NCBI GenBank assembly: GCA_964016885.1
Contig: OZ024740.1
Span: forward strand, 264,182,001-264,246,000
From: Eledone cirrhosa
Taxonomy: Eukaryota
Direction: 5' to 3'
Length of the DNA stretch: 64,000 bases
Below, piece after piece: positions 14,665-28,458 of the stretch. Below the pieces are notes generated by a model. That model was not told where the DNA came from, ran no database searches, and was given only the letters and a program-made list of their open reading frames with translations. Both the position numbers and the translations under genes were made by a program. Each line of letters opens with the position of its first letter. Positions within the stretch are counted from its first letter, which is position 1.

Positions 14665-17068
14665 TTAACTGTATACTTTGTGAAAAGTTTTATGGAATTT
14701 ATGCAGGCAGATAGAAAACAAATCTGAGCGTCTATTCATTATAGAATCTAGGTTAGAGATAATGGTAAATTTTTCATTTAGGCAGAGATTACAGATTTTA
14801 GATAGAGAGCTGTTCAAGTATGAGGATGCAGAAGAAATCTTTTTCCAAAAGATGTTATATTTAATGTTTTTGTCTTTTAAGGACCATATGAGTTCTGAGA
14901 GAGCAGTGTTAGTTCTTTTAAGTTTGTATTTGAAAGATGAATGATGATTATAGAGACGAGCTTTAAAAGAGGAGGAAGTGGAGCCAAAATAGGTGAAGGA
15001 ATTGGTGCTAGTTATAATTTTACATTCATAAATTAAGTTTTTATCGAGGCAATGGTTGTTGAGAGGACATTTATTTTTAATGCGGCAGTTGCAATTAGAG
15101 AGATTATTAATGAGTGATCTAGTGTTATCTATAGAAGGAATTGGATTGGAGAAGTTGTTTGCGATAGGAATAATAGGAATAATAGTTTCTTGATTTAGAG
15201 TTGGATTATGAACATTTAGCGAAGTTGTGTTTGACGTTGTATTTGGGTTTACAGAAGTTAGCCTAGGGTTTACAATGACGTCGGGAGTACTATTACTGTT
15301 ATTATGAAATTCAATATTGGAAGGAAGAGATTTAGTATTTAATATTTTGTTGTTGTGTTTAGAGATGATGTTGGAAATATTGGAGGATGTAGAATACGAA
15401 AATTTGATGGTGTGTTTGTTAAATATTTTACTATAGATATGTGAGGGAGGGAAGCATTTATTTAAGGCACTAAAAAATAATTTAGGAATATTGTTATTAA
15501 TAGAGATGGAGAAAGGAGCATTATACCAGATTACGTTTTTGTATCTAGGTCTTTTATTAAAATTATTGGAATGGTCATGATTAATTATTCTACTGTAAGT
15601 TTTCCTAGAATTTGTTTCTTTATTATATTTGATTTTATCTGGATAGCCGGCTTTAGAAAGTGCGTTATTATAGTAATTGGCGTTAGCATCAAAGATGTTT
15701 TTATTAGAAGATATGTTAGATATTCTATTTCCAATATTATTAACTATAGCATTCTTGATATTGGTAGGATGGTTAGATTTAAAGTTAACATAATTAAGAT
15801 TCTCATTGTTTTTATGGTAAGGGTAATATAGGCCAGTGTCAAGATTAAGAGATACATCCAAGAAATTAGCTAGTTTGATACTATTATCAAATTCAATTTT
15901 TAGGTTATGTTGGTTAAAGAGATTACGTATGTTGTTCTTAATAATATTAAGTTTAACTATATTGCAATTTAGGATAGTAAAGAGTCCATCGTCACGATAA
16001 ATTCCACCGCGAAGTTGAGGAATTTTCCGACTCAAAGAGTTCAAAATGAAGATACCAATTAAATCAGTCAATTGGGATGAATCGGATGCTCCCATTGTGA
16101 TGTCGAAGTTGTTAGAGGTATCGGCTCTGGTCCAATATTCGTTGTTGAACTCTAGGATGGTTTTACGTGCGGTGAGGATGATGTGAAGTTCATCTGTGGT
16201 GATGTCAGAATATTTAAGTGCGAAAGATAGAGCATTATTGAGAAGTGAAGGCGAAATGGAGGAATAGTAGCTGGCAATATCGAATTGAATAAATTTTAGT
16301 TTGTTTTTATTATCCAATTTGTTGAACCAGCCAATCACTTCAGAAGTACCAAACCATAAATTTAGGTTTAAAGAAGAGCAATTAGAACTAACCTGTGGGA
16401 TAATCCTATCCAAGATGGCTTTACTAACAACCCCCAGATCAGATTTAGAGGGGGCGATTAATCTAACAGGTAGTTCAGTGCGAAAATTGTTTTTGTGATC
16501 CTTGAGATTTATCCTCGGAGTTCTTGGGAGGAATGGTTCGGTCTTTTTTTCAATGCCAAGTTTTGACATAATCTCATAGGCTTCAAGGTTTATGCATTCT
16601 AAATTTTCATGGTTGGTTTTACGATACTTTTTCCTAAGTTCCTTTAGGATAAGGTTGTTATAATTATCCTTGGAAATACCATATAGGTTATTGGTTTTGT
16701 CAGAGTGGACTAAAACATTTTTTGAGGAATTTAGGTTAGAGATTGTGTTCTTGAGATTTACAAGGTGCTCTTGTCCTTTGTAAGGGTATCTCTTGAATTT
16801 AAGATTTTTTTATTATTTTAGTTAATTCTTCCTCGAATTGTGCTAGATTTTTGTTGGAAGGAGGATTTCGTCTAGAATTAAAAAGATGATCGAGGAAGTT
16901 GTGTTCTTTGGTATGAAAGTTCCCTTTTAGGCGCTGGTCATAGAAATAGGCTGTCCATCTAAGTCTTCTTACGAAGGAGTCAGTTTTTTCAATAAGAAGT
17001 TTGGTGAATTCGGATTTACCATGTATAGGAATGTCTTTAGTTGAATTGGTTATGTTGTAATAATCCAT
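14665..17068 (-). CDS. PLE reverse transcriptase plus C-terminal GIY-YIG endonuclease (~800 aa), one +1 frameshift in an A-run at ~16805-16811
   Basis: Joins ORFs 16799-17128 (from MDYY) and 14665-16569. Motifs SDKT, LKDHK, FDIASYY, MGASD, GIYRDDGL, CNC..CPL..C, YFGST..FKAR..H, CNLC, CLH. Confidence 0.9.
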
Positions 17069-17145
17069 GTTGTAGAAGAAGAGGTGAAGGACCATCAAAA
17101 GATATCCAATATGAGAGTAAGCGCTCAACCGTTAAGGAGCAAGTT

Positions 17146-19676
17146 AACTTCGCGGTGGAATTTATCGTGACGATGGACTCTTTACTATCCTAAATCGCAA
17201 TATAGTTAAACTTAATATTAATAAGAACAACATACGTAATCTCTTTAACCAACATAACCTAAAAATTGAATTTGATAATAGTATCAAACTAGCTAATTTC
17301 TTGGATGTATCTCTTAATCTTGACACTGGCCTATATTACCCTTACCATAAAAACAATGAGAATCTTAATTATGTTAACTTTAAATCTAACCATCCTACCA
17401 ATATCAAGAATGCTATAGTTAATAATATTGGAAATAGAATATCTAACATATCTTCTAATAAAAACATCTTTGATGCTAACGCCAATTACTATAATAACGC
17501 ACTTTCTAAAGCCGGCTATCCAGATAAAATCAAATATAATAAAGAAACAAATTCTAGGAAAACTTACAGTAGAATAATTAATCATGACCATTCCAATAAT
17601 TTTAATAAAAGACCTAGATACAAAAACGTAATCTGGTATAATGCTCCTTTCTCCATCTCTATTAATAACAATATTCCTAAATTATTTTTTAGTGCCTTAA
17701 ATAAATGCTTCCCTCCCTCACATATCTATAGTAAAATATTTAACAAACACACCATCAAATTTTCGTATTCTACATCCTCCAATATTTCCAACATCATCTC
17801 TAAACACAACAACAAAATATTAAATACTAAATCTCTTCCTTCCAATATTGAATTTCATAATAACAGTAATAGTACTCCCGACGTCATTGTAAACCCTAGG
17901 CTAACTTCTGTAAACCCAAATACAACGTCAAACACAACTTCGCTAAATGTTCATAATCCAACTCTAAATCAAGAAACTATTATTCCTATTATTCCTATCG
18001 CAAACAACTTCTCCAATCCAATTCCTTCTATAGATAACACTAGATCACTCATTAATAATCTCTCTAATTGCAACTGCCGCATTAAAAATAAATGTCCTCT
18101 CAACAACCATTGCCTCGATAAAAACTTAATTTATGAATGTAAAATTATAACTAGCACCAATTCCTTCACCTATTTTGGCTCCACTTCCTCCTCTTTTAAA
18201 GCTCGTCTCTATAATCATCATTCATCTTTCAAATACAAACTTAAAAGAACTAACACTGCTCTCTCAGAACTCATATGGTCCTTAAAAGACAAAAACATTA
18301 AATATAACATCTTTTGGAAAAAGATTTCTTCTGCATCCTCATACTTGAACAGCTCTCTATCTAAAATCTGTAATCTCTGCCTAAATGAAAAATTTACCAT
18401 TATCTCTAACCTAGATTCTATAATGAATAGACGCTCAGATTTGTTTTCTATCTGCCTGCATAAATTCCATAAAACTTTTCACAAAGTATACAGTTAATAT
18501 TCAATTCTTTATCAATTTAGAATCTTTTCTCAAAGGCACATATACATACACCTCTTTAAAATATACCCATCTACCTTACTTTAAAGGGCATTATACACTC
18601 TATAATACTCGTTTACTCATTACCCTCATTCTATCTTCTCGTAAAATAATAACATTTGTTTTTGACATTTTGAATATTCATCCGCAATCATTATTATTTT
18701 TTTCTCTCTATCATAAATCTTTTTAATCTCAATTTCATCCTTAATTTATTATTATTTTTTTCTCCCCATCAACGAACTCATTATTAATACATATCAATTC
18801 AATATACAAACTTTAACTTCACATTATTTTTCTCAAATCCTTCTACACACACACCTTAACAATTTTTCTCTTCGCTAATTTTGAAATTGCCACAATACAT
18901 ACATTTCTTCTTTTGACGTTAGAATATTCACCCACAATTATTATTTTTTTCTCTCTATCTTCATACATAATTTCCCTTCGTTAATTTTCAAATTCCTTTA
19001 ATTTATACATTATCTTCCAACGGTTCCCAACCTCTCTATATTAAAACAATATATCTTTTTCTCAGTTATAAAAACTATCTCTTTCTCTCTATCACCCATC
19101 TCTCCCTCTCCACCTTCACTCTCATCTCCTCCCCACTTTTTTCATACTTTCCACCCCCCCCCCCTCCCTGAATAAAATATTTTTTCCTCGCACGTATCCT
19201 CCCTTCGTTAATTTTCAACATTTTTAATTAATACAGTATCTTCCAACGGTTTTCAACCCCTGTATGTAAAAAATATATCTCCTCTCAGTTATAAAAACTA
19301 TCTCTTTCTCTCTATCACCCATCTCTCCCTCTCATCTCCTTCCCTTTAAATCCTTTCCCCCCCCCTCTCTAAATAAAAAATGTTCCCAATATCACACATC
19401 AATCTAAAACCACTTTTCATATGTTGATTTAAAACTGCACTATCAACAAGTGTTTTTTAGCCTTCATATCATGTTCTCCTGTTTTATCTGATGAAAACAC
19501 AAATATTATTGCATGATGATGTTTGTTTTTGAAATGCTCATAATAAAATATATGGAACTCCTTTAACCATCTTTTGATCTTATATTATGCATACTCCAGT
19601 CCCACAAACTGTAGAGTGCTTCTTATCCGATATCTGCATTGCTTTATTGTACTACAATAAAACTCACCTCCTACAT
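17146..19676 (+). mobile_element. PLE family A, 5'-truncated tail-bearing arm
   Basis: Near-identical inverted copy starting just before GGIYRDDG. ORF 17301-18497 matches the C-terminal part. Extra tail 19593-19676. Confidence 0.92.
19481..19549 (+). ncRNA. Type I hammerhead ribozyme
   Basis: GTTTTAT-CTGATGA-..-GAAA-TGCTCA-TA-ATAAAAT. Confidence 0.75.
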
Positions 19677-19687
19677 TATATATATAC

Positions 19688-19742
<55 letters not shown>

Positions 19743-19744
19743 AA

Positions 19745-20014
19745 TATGCAAAAGTTCTATTTAAATTGTTGGGATACAACAAGCAAATATTTTTATAACT
19801 GATATAAAGCACTCAACAAGTATTTGGAGGAAACGTACTGAGCTTCCAACAGTAATGGTTGCATTGTTTAAGGGTATGTCAATATTTATTTATAAAACTG
19901 ATCTATATTGTATTTTGTCTGATGAAAGCATACCATAATGTAACGTGGTGTCCTTGAAATATGTATAATAAAATAAATATGGTTTTATAAATATAGTTTT
20001 CATTTGTTAATATC

Positions 20015-20015
<1 letters not shown>
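19745..20015. mobile_element. Short split PLE derivative (family J): minus-strand tail plus plus-strand hammerhead segment
   Basis: Relative to the collinear copy 33660-33905, 19745-19830 is in the same orientation and 19875-20015 is inverted. Confidence 0.65.
19911..19975 (+). ncRNA. Type I hammerhead ribozyme
   Basis: TATTTTGT-CTGATGA-..-GAAA-TATGTA-TA-ATAAAATA. Confidence 0.75.
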
Positions 20016-20084
<69 letters not shown>

Positions 20085-21782
20085 TTGTTCTGCGAGGATT
20101 TTGATATGAAATCGTGTGTCGAAATAAATATTGTTATACTTGGGGAGGGTCATATTGTTGTAATAATATTGCCAGAATTAATAACAGAACACACTCACTG
20201 TTTGGTTGGTTTTCGCTTCTGTATCTTTCATATCAGTTAATTTATTTGGCTCTCAATGTTTACCATTTACTAACCAACGGGCGAAAATAGAGATATAATA
20301 TAGACATAAACACATATATATATATAGTCTAACAAAGTTCTTTCGTTGCACATCTGCGTCAGCAGAGCTGGCGACGTTGCCAACCTTTTTATGGTATGGT
20401 GGGAAAGGAGACTCAAAGACCTCCTTGAGGAGGGCTCCAAAGTCCTCATCATGTAATCTCGTTACGTAGACGAAATTAATATAGTAATAAGGACACCCCC
20501 AGAAGAGAGTACTAACAAGTATGATTTAGAATGTAGCACAATGGAAAGCATCCAGCATATAGCTAATTCCATACCCAAATGTATGACTGTAACTTTCGAC
20601 TACCCTTCCAAACACCCTAACAGTAAACTACCTGGATTAACACTATAGATGAGAGGGTCCAAATTCTCCACTCACACTACGCTAAACCAATGGCCTCAAA
20701 ATACCTGATACTAAAAAACTCAGCAATGTCCAGTAGTGCTAAGTTTAATATTCTGATCGCAGACATGATACGAGTGATTAAGAACGTGTCCCACATGTGC
20801 GACCCAACAGAAATGGAAAGACACATACAACACTTCATCAACCGCATGCAGTTCTCTGGCTACAACCAAAGAGACAGAATCAGAGTATACAAAGGAGCCA
20901 CGTGGAAGTATATGACTCTCATAGAACTGGACATGAAAGTAATTTGCCCATTATACAGGAGCAAACCATGGAATAGCTTAGATAGGACTAAACATAAGAT
21001 AGGGAAAGCCACCTCATGGTACGACAACCAGAGATACCAGAGTGTCATGTTCGTGGACGCTACCACTGGAGGGAAATTAGCTAACCAGTGTAGAAAGGCC
21101 CCGAAAAAGACCTGCTTAAAGATTAAGGTGGTAGAAAAGCCAGGAACTACCATAAAATCCCTATCAGCAAAATATACCCTTTTAAGAAAACCCACTGTAC
21201 TAACAGGAAATGTATTATATGTAAAGTAAACCTCCGGATAAACTGTAAAACTAGAAACGTATTCTATAGCATAAGATGTACAGAGGATACTTGCAGAAAC
21301 ATGACAACAACATGACTTTAACATAGACAACATAGAAATTAAAATAATATCTAAACATAGAAATGACCCAGTAGATAGGCAAATCAGAGAGGCAAGTAAA
21401 ATACAACTTAGGAGGCCAAGCTAAACACAATAAATAAATGGAATAACAACAACACGCAAACAAACAATACGGACCTAAGATAAATATGAATAAATAGATA
21501 AATAAATAAATAAAAAAACAGATTAAATAAAGATAGCGTAGATATACAATACAACAGGAGGAACATAATAGCACCGACGATGTTGCAGATGTGCAACGAA
21601 AGAACTTTGTTAGACTATATATATGTGTTTGTGTCTATATTATATCTCTATTTTTTAACGTTGGTCAGTCAATGGTAAACATTGAGGGCCGAATAAATAT
21701 ACTGATATAAAGGATTCAGGAACGAAAACCAACCTAACAGTGAGTGTGTTCTGTTATTAATTCTGGCAATATTATTACAAAA
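20085..21782 (+). mobile_element. Decayed PLE family H (C-terminal GIY-YIG, possibly Nematis-like) with inverted tail-bearing arm 20085-20360
   Basis: GDVANLFMVW, RYVDEINI, HYAKPMASK, SGY, KVVEKPG, DRQIRE. 20157-20357 is the reverse complement of 21585-21782. Hammerhead-like motif at 21571-21610. Confidence 0.8.
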
Positions 21783-21974
21783 TATATATATATATTATAT
21801 ATACATATAAACATTGATTGTTCAGGAAGTGTTACAGACTTGTGTAACACCAAAATGCACCAAACTCGATAATCCTTCACGCAATTGTAGTACACTTAGA
21901 AGAGGTTGCAGCCATCCTGTATATATATATGTATATATATAAATGAAAGGTATAGAAAACATTGTAGCAAAAAG

Positions 21975-22014
<40 letters not shown>

Positions 22015-22017
<3 letters not shown>

Positions 22018-24470
22018 AAATGTGGAGAGGAGGCACACGAGTTAGGATATATATATATATATATGAAAACAGGGAGAAAGAGACGATTATGAGGAAGAAA
22101 TGTTTTTCTTTCCTTTTTTGCTTCTCTCTCTCTCTCTCTCTTCTGGGTTAGAAAATGATTAAAACGAAATGTTATATTTTGTGTGAAGTGTTAATGTATT
22201 AGTTGATTTATTTATTATTTAACAATGGCATTTATTTATCTATTTATATATTTAATTATTGTCTATTACCGGTTTCAGCATTTATATGCATTATCAAATG
22301 ATAGTGAAATGTATTAGTGTGGTGTCGCACATGTTAAACAGAAGGTGTAGAAAGAATAATGTTATATACAAACAAGGATTACGAAGAGAAAAGAAAAAGG
22401 AAAAAAAAACGTGCATAATGTGGAACGTAAAATGTCCATGTGGAAGAAAAAATAATGTTATTTAAAAGCACAGTCATTGAAGTTAAGCAGTTCAAAATGT
22501 GTTAATATCACAAGAGTACTTAGTTGAACCATGGTTCCGTGAAGGTGGCAAATGGTGGACTGTGGTTTGATATGATTTCCCTTTTTAGAGAGTTAATATG
22601 CAGGGGGAAGCAATTCTTGCTGGGTGATATTTAATTTATTTAAGAAAGAGGATTAGGTAGGGTGTGAGGGAGGTAACTCTTGTAAATGTTTGATGGTTTG
22701 TTGCAGTTTTAGATTGGTCCGATTTTTAGGGCATTGAGTAGTGGTTGAAATTTATTAATGAAATGTGTTTCCTTATTGGTATGTGGGATGAAAGTAGCGT
22801 TGTCTATGAATTTGTAAATGGGGAAAATTTTAAAGTTTGGATTTTGTTTGAGAGCATAATTGGCGATATGTTCACTAAATGTAATCTTTCTGTATTCTTG
22901 TATTTTAATTTGTGATTTATGGACGGTCATACGTTGACGGGGGCTGTTTTTTGTCTGACCCATGTAGTGCTCTTGACAACCTGAGCATGTCCAAACATAG
23001 ATACGGTTTTCAGATGCACATGTAAAGTTGTGTTTAACTTTGAAACGTTGTCCTTGTTTAAAATGGAATGTTGAATCTTCTATTAGATTTATGCATATGC
23101 CACAGTTGGGCCTTCCGCATTTTGTTACTGTAGGATTCATTGTGAGGGTTTGTTGGATTTTGGCTTGTGTGAGGATGTTTTTTATGGATTTGGGTTGTCT
23201 TTTGCTCTTTATGATGTTGTGTGTTTGGAGGATATTGTTCATTCTTGGGTCTATTTTTAGTAAAAGAATGTTCTGGAGGATGGTGTCGAATGCCTCATTG
23301 TTGAGGGGGTTGTGTGTGGAGATGTATGGTAGAGTTTTTTTGTTGCGGGTCACTCCTGGGTTTGGGGTGTCTGAGTTCCTGGATGTCTAGTCTTAGGGCA
23401 CGTTGGAATCTATTGGTGATTAGGGATGGTGGGTAGTTTCTGCTGATAAGTGTTTTTTTTTATTCTTCTAGTTGTGTGTAGCATGTGTATTTATCTGAAA
23501 CTATTGTGCAAATCCTTCTGGCTAGGTTATAAGGAATTGCCATTTTGGTGTGTCTAGGGTGGCACGATTTGAATGGAAGGTATTGTTTGGAGTCTGTGGA
23601 TTTGTAGTATATGTCTGTTTCTATTTTGTTGCTTGTTTTCTTGATGAGGATGTCGAGGAAAGGGAGTTGTTCATGGCTGTATTCCATTGTGAATTGTAAG
23701 TTAGTGTTGAGCTCATTCAGCAGGGTTTTGAACTCAAACAGTCCATCTATACTTTCATGCCAGAGGATGAAGCAGTCGTCCAGATATCTCTTCCAGTTCT
23801 TTTCTATGTGTTGGTAGAAGTGGTTGCCGTATTTGTCTAGAACTTTGCGGTAGAGAATGGTTTCCAAATATCCCATGACAAGGTTGGCGTATGAGGGGGC
23901 CACATTCGTGCCCATGGCAGTCCCAGATTTCTGTCTGTAGTATTTGGCATTGAATTCGAAGAAATTGTTTTCCAATATGAATTTGAGTCCCTCCAACCCA
24001 AATTATTTAGGGATGCGCTGTGGAAGTTCACTAGGGAAATTGTCCAAGAATTGTATTGCCTCTATACCTAGGTTGTGTGGGATATTGGAATATAAATTGA
24101 TGACATCAAAGGTTACCAGTAGGGTACGTTCGTTATTGAGTGTTGTTGGGAGGTGGTTGAGCATGTCAAGGTCATCCCTTATGAAGCTTTTTATATGATT
24201 TAGGAAAGGTTTAAGCAGAATATCTAGGAAGTTGCTTAGGCGGTGGGTTTCACATGTGGTTCCTGCTATTATGGGTCTTAATTTAAGGTCATCAGGAGGA
24301 GCTATATTGATGTAAACGTATGTGGCTTGCTTGCAGGCCCTGCCTATTACTTCGCTTTTGTGTGACTTGGGGATTCCATAGAAGAGGCTGGTTCTGCTTT
24401 TGAAATTGGTGATCGAGTTGCATTCCTTGTCTGTAAGGCCTTCTTTGTATTGCTTGTCCGTAAGGAAACT
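22015..24470 (-). mobile_element. Decayed Neptune-like PLE (RT, CxxxxCxxC linker, GIY-YIG)
   Basis: LRPIIAG, FDVINLYSNIP, QKSGTAMG, RYLDDCF, YYKSTD, CGRPNCGIC, IYVWTC..C..YMGQT..R..H. Degenerate hammerhead with GAAACCGGTA at 22262-22305. Confidence 0.88.
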
Positions 24471-24474
24471 TTCA

Positions 24475-25375
24475 CATCATGCGCTTGGTCCACCAAGGTT
24501 GTCCCATCTCCTCCTTGTTGTATGTATTGACTCTAGAGCCATTACTGGACAAACGGGAGACGTTGAGTGGCATCCCCGCGGTAACTAGGATGCAGGACAA
24601 CCATGCCAATTTATGCTGATGACGTCACTGTAATGTTGTCTAACGCCGAACACATTGTGGTGATCGACACTACTCTAAGAGAATATGAGGCGGTGACAGG
24701 AGCAAGGATTAACTAGGAGAAATAGGTGGGCCTGCAGCTCGGTTCCTAGAGGAAGTGATGATGTCTGATGGTCAGGCGGTTCATCTTCTCTCAACACCCA
24801 CTACGTGGAGGAATAGGCATTCCGTGGCTGATGCAGTATATATATACGCCGAGACTACGACATTTCTAGATGTTGCTAGACGGTGAAATATTGTGCTCGC
24901 CCTCTTGACAGAGCTGCAATCTTGGGTCAAGCGCAGACCGAGCGGTATCACTTGGAAGCTGAGATATCTCCAAGTGCCCATTACCCTTTTCTAATCAGGC
25001 TTTTCGACCAGTGGAAATTTGATCTTGGTTTTTTAAAGAGGGTAAGTGGAGGGCAAGATCGACGACGTTCTTGAGAAAACTTTGGGTATCAACGAAAGTC
25101 AGTTAGCCATTCACTTCGGGAGGACTTTGGGTCCAGAGCCAATGGATAACTTCCAGAAATCCTTGGCTTGGCTGCTACCGGAGAGCGTTACCAGTTCGAG
25201 ATAAACTATGCAGTCATGGAAGTCCAGGCGTGTCCTAGATGCGTGCGTGGCGACAAAACCGCGTATCGAGTATCGTTGTTTTATGTCGAATATCTCTCAC
25301 GTGTAGGAAGGATCCAACAGTCAGCTGAGTCCATTATGAAGACTAGCAGAAAAACAACCTTCGAATTGAACTAAA
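24475..25375 (+). mobile_element. Decayed Tx1/L1-clade LINE RT fragment
   Basis: HQGCPISSLLYVLTLEPLL, IYADDVT, TGARIN, CPRC near the 3' end. Confidence 0.8.
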
Positions 25376-25581
25376 ACTGCGTTACTTCCGTTATGTAATC
25401 AGTAAAGTAATCCATGATAAATTAAAAAAAGACCATATTATATATAAACCTCATTGGGAAAAAAATTAGTAACGAAAATATATGAAGGTTTATTTATGCG
25501 ATCGCTAACCGAAAGTGTTGACATTTGAACATTTTAAAGAAGTGAATCTTTAAATAAGCAATAAAATATATTTAATATTTA

Positions 25582-25820
25582 AGGGTATACGTGGTTAACG
25601 TGATTGTCAATTTATCCATATAAAGATTTGTTACTGGACGGACATAAAATTATAAACTCTTTCGACAGGATAAATACGCAGAAATAAAAACAACGATAAA
25701 CCCCGATATTTCTGCAGCAAATTGGATTTGCACAGAAGCCTTGAACAGAAGCCCCCTCACTTCACCGGATAACAAATGTTTATATGGATAAATTGACAAT
25801 CACGTTAACCACGTATACCC
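25582..25820. mobile_element. MITE with ~50-bp terminal inverted repeats
   Basis: GGGTATACGTGGTTAACGTGATTGTCAATTTATCCATATAAA..TTTGTTA mirrored at 25770-25820. Left flank TTAA, right flank TCAT. Confidence 0.75.
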
Positions 25821-26197
25821 TCATTTCCATGCTTGTATATGTTTCTCATATATATCTCATATCTCATTTTACATATGTATCTCATTTTGCATCTAAGTAT
25901 TTTATGTAATTTTTGTAATTTTTGGTGTATTTCATATTTTGTATTTTGTGTTTTGTTCCATTTGATAGAGATATTAACTATGCATTCGCCTAATTACTAC
26001 GTTCCATACTTTAATTTACCCCCGTTCTACTGTACGGTAATATCGTTCAATATGTGGATAATATATCGCTAATATTGATCACACTTTCAAAACTTCTTAA
26101 TTTAGTTTAAACATCTCCCTATTTATTAGTGATTATATGGAATATATTTCTTTACTTACTTCAATCTAGATTCTAACTTGTAATTTAAAAAAAAAAA

Positions 26198-26300
26198 ATT
26201 AATTTTTAATTTTTAATTTTTAATTTTTAATTTTTAATTTTTAATTTTTAATTTTTAATTTTTAATTTTTAATTTTTGATTTTTAATTTTTAGTTTTAAT
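26198..26300. repeat. (TTTTTAA)n simple repeat
   Basis: Direct reading. Confidence 0.9.
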
Positions 26301-26656
26301 TTCCAACCCTCATTCATAATCTTCACTGTGAAACCATAATACATAGAAATAAGTATATATTATCTTGGCGGACGACGGACAATTCTACTGTACATGCTTA
26401 ATTTATAGGTATTATTAAGAACTATTGATACTCATACTCGCCCACCCCCACTGGCTTTCGGCCGGCTAGCAGTAAATAATTACCGTGTCATATTACAGGT
26501 TGGGTGGGGGTCATTGTTTGGGTGAGGAGGGACCTGCCAAGGCGAGTTTCGTAGAACTCTACGGTAGTTGATGGTCAACTTCCTTCGGACCTGCGCAGAC
26601 CGGACTGAGTGAATTGGGACTCACAAGGGAACGGTCGAAGAACCCAAGAGTACACG

Positions 26657-26734
<78 letters not shown>

Positions 26735-26836
26735 AATGAAGTAATTCCATCGGAAAAGTCCAGGAAAAAAGAGTACTCTATGTAAGCAACAGAGCTTAAT
26801 TATTATTATTATGTAATAAACAACATAAGGCAATTA

Positions 26837-26896
26837 TTCCATTTACCAGTGGTTTCTTAAAAGCAAAAGGTTTTGCTTTCAATCCTCAGAATGAAA
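26837..26896 (-). ncRNA. Type I hammerhead ribozyme
   Basis: TTCATT-CTGAGGA-12-bp stem II-GAAA-CCACTGG-TA-AATGGA. Confidence 0.8.
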
Positions 26897-27097
26897 AATC
26901 CTCGTTTTTTTATTGAATATGGATTCTAAAAACAAAAATGCAATCTATATGAAAGTGAGGCTGGAAAAGGGAGAAGGAAAGGAAAAATAAAATAAAATAA
27001 AACTAAACATGCAAACACACACAAAAAAACACAAAAGCATACTTACACACACACACATATATACACATATAATTTGCACGCATACACATATACACAT

Positions 27098-27135
<38 letters not shown>

Positions 27136-27292
27136 AGAGCGTACACCTACACACACATACACATATATACACACATATACACATACATATATTCATACAT
27201 ACACAAACACACACACATATACACACACACACACACATACACACACACATATATATACACATGTACATATCCAAACATATATATATATATAG

Positions 27293-27325
<33 letters not shown>

Positions 27326-27780
27326 TATACATACATATACACACATATACACATATACATACACACACACACACACACATGTGTGTGTACAAGCCTACAC
27401 ATACACACACACATATATATACACACACACATATACATACATTCACACAAACATACAACGTACATATATACACATACATGAATGCACTCCACTACATATT
27501 AACACACGCAAATAAATATAAGAAAAAAATATATAAATAATATTAACAAATATTTGACAGCGATACATGCCCCAGCTAACAGGACAGACACGCGTGGTAA
27601 GTAATACACACATAAGCACATATACATACGTTCGAAATAGTAAACACATACACACACTCTCACACATAAATATACATATACAAATACATAAACACGTACA
27701 TACACATACATACGCAAACACGTACACGTATACAATATAAACACACACATATATATGTAATTATATACACACACACACAC

Positions 27781-27843
<63 letters not shown>

Positions 27844-28292
27844 CAAAAATATAAAAATATAAACGCACACACACATATAAATACGTAAACACACATATAC
27901 ATACATAGCTAAACAATTATACACATGCAAATACGTATATATCAAAAGAACTCACAAACAAATACAAACACACACACATATATACACACACACACACCCA
28001 CACACAAACCCACACATACATAAAAATAAATAAAAACTCACGCAACATATACATACATACACATACATATACATATATACATATATACATATACATATAT
28101 ATATATACACATATATATACATAAATATATATACATATATACACACACACACGTACACATACACACATGCATACACATACACACACACATATACATGTGT
28201 GTATGTGTAAAGCTCAGTATTAGATAAGACAAATGAACCTTACATAAACGTATATATAGTAGTAAAGTAATAAAGCCATACAAGGCAATTAA

Positions 28293-28350
28293 TCCATTCA
28301 CCAGAGGTTTCTTAAAAGCAAAAAAAGTTTCCTTCAATCTTCAGAATGAA
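28293..28350 (-). ncRNA. Second, diverged hammerhead (cleavage triplet GUG, probably inactive)
   Basis: TTCATT-CTGAAGA-..-GAAA-CCTCTGG-TG-AATGGA. Confidence 0.6.
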
Positions 28351-28421
28351 AAAAAGCCCTGGTTTATCTACATATACATACATATACACACACAAATATA
28401 CAAATATATACACACATACAG

Positions 28422-28458
<37 letters not shown>

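Larger units (their letters stand above)
13575..17148 (-). mobile_element. Full-length Hydra-like PLE (family A), tail-less arm
   Basis: 5' UTR, complete RT-GIY-YIG ORF, 3' UTR with hammerhead, ending in (TA)n. 13575-16017 is inverted at 17146-19592. Confidence 0.92.
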
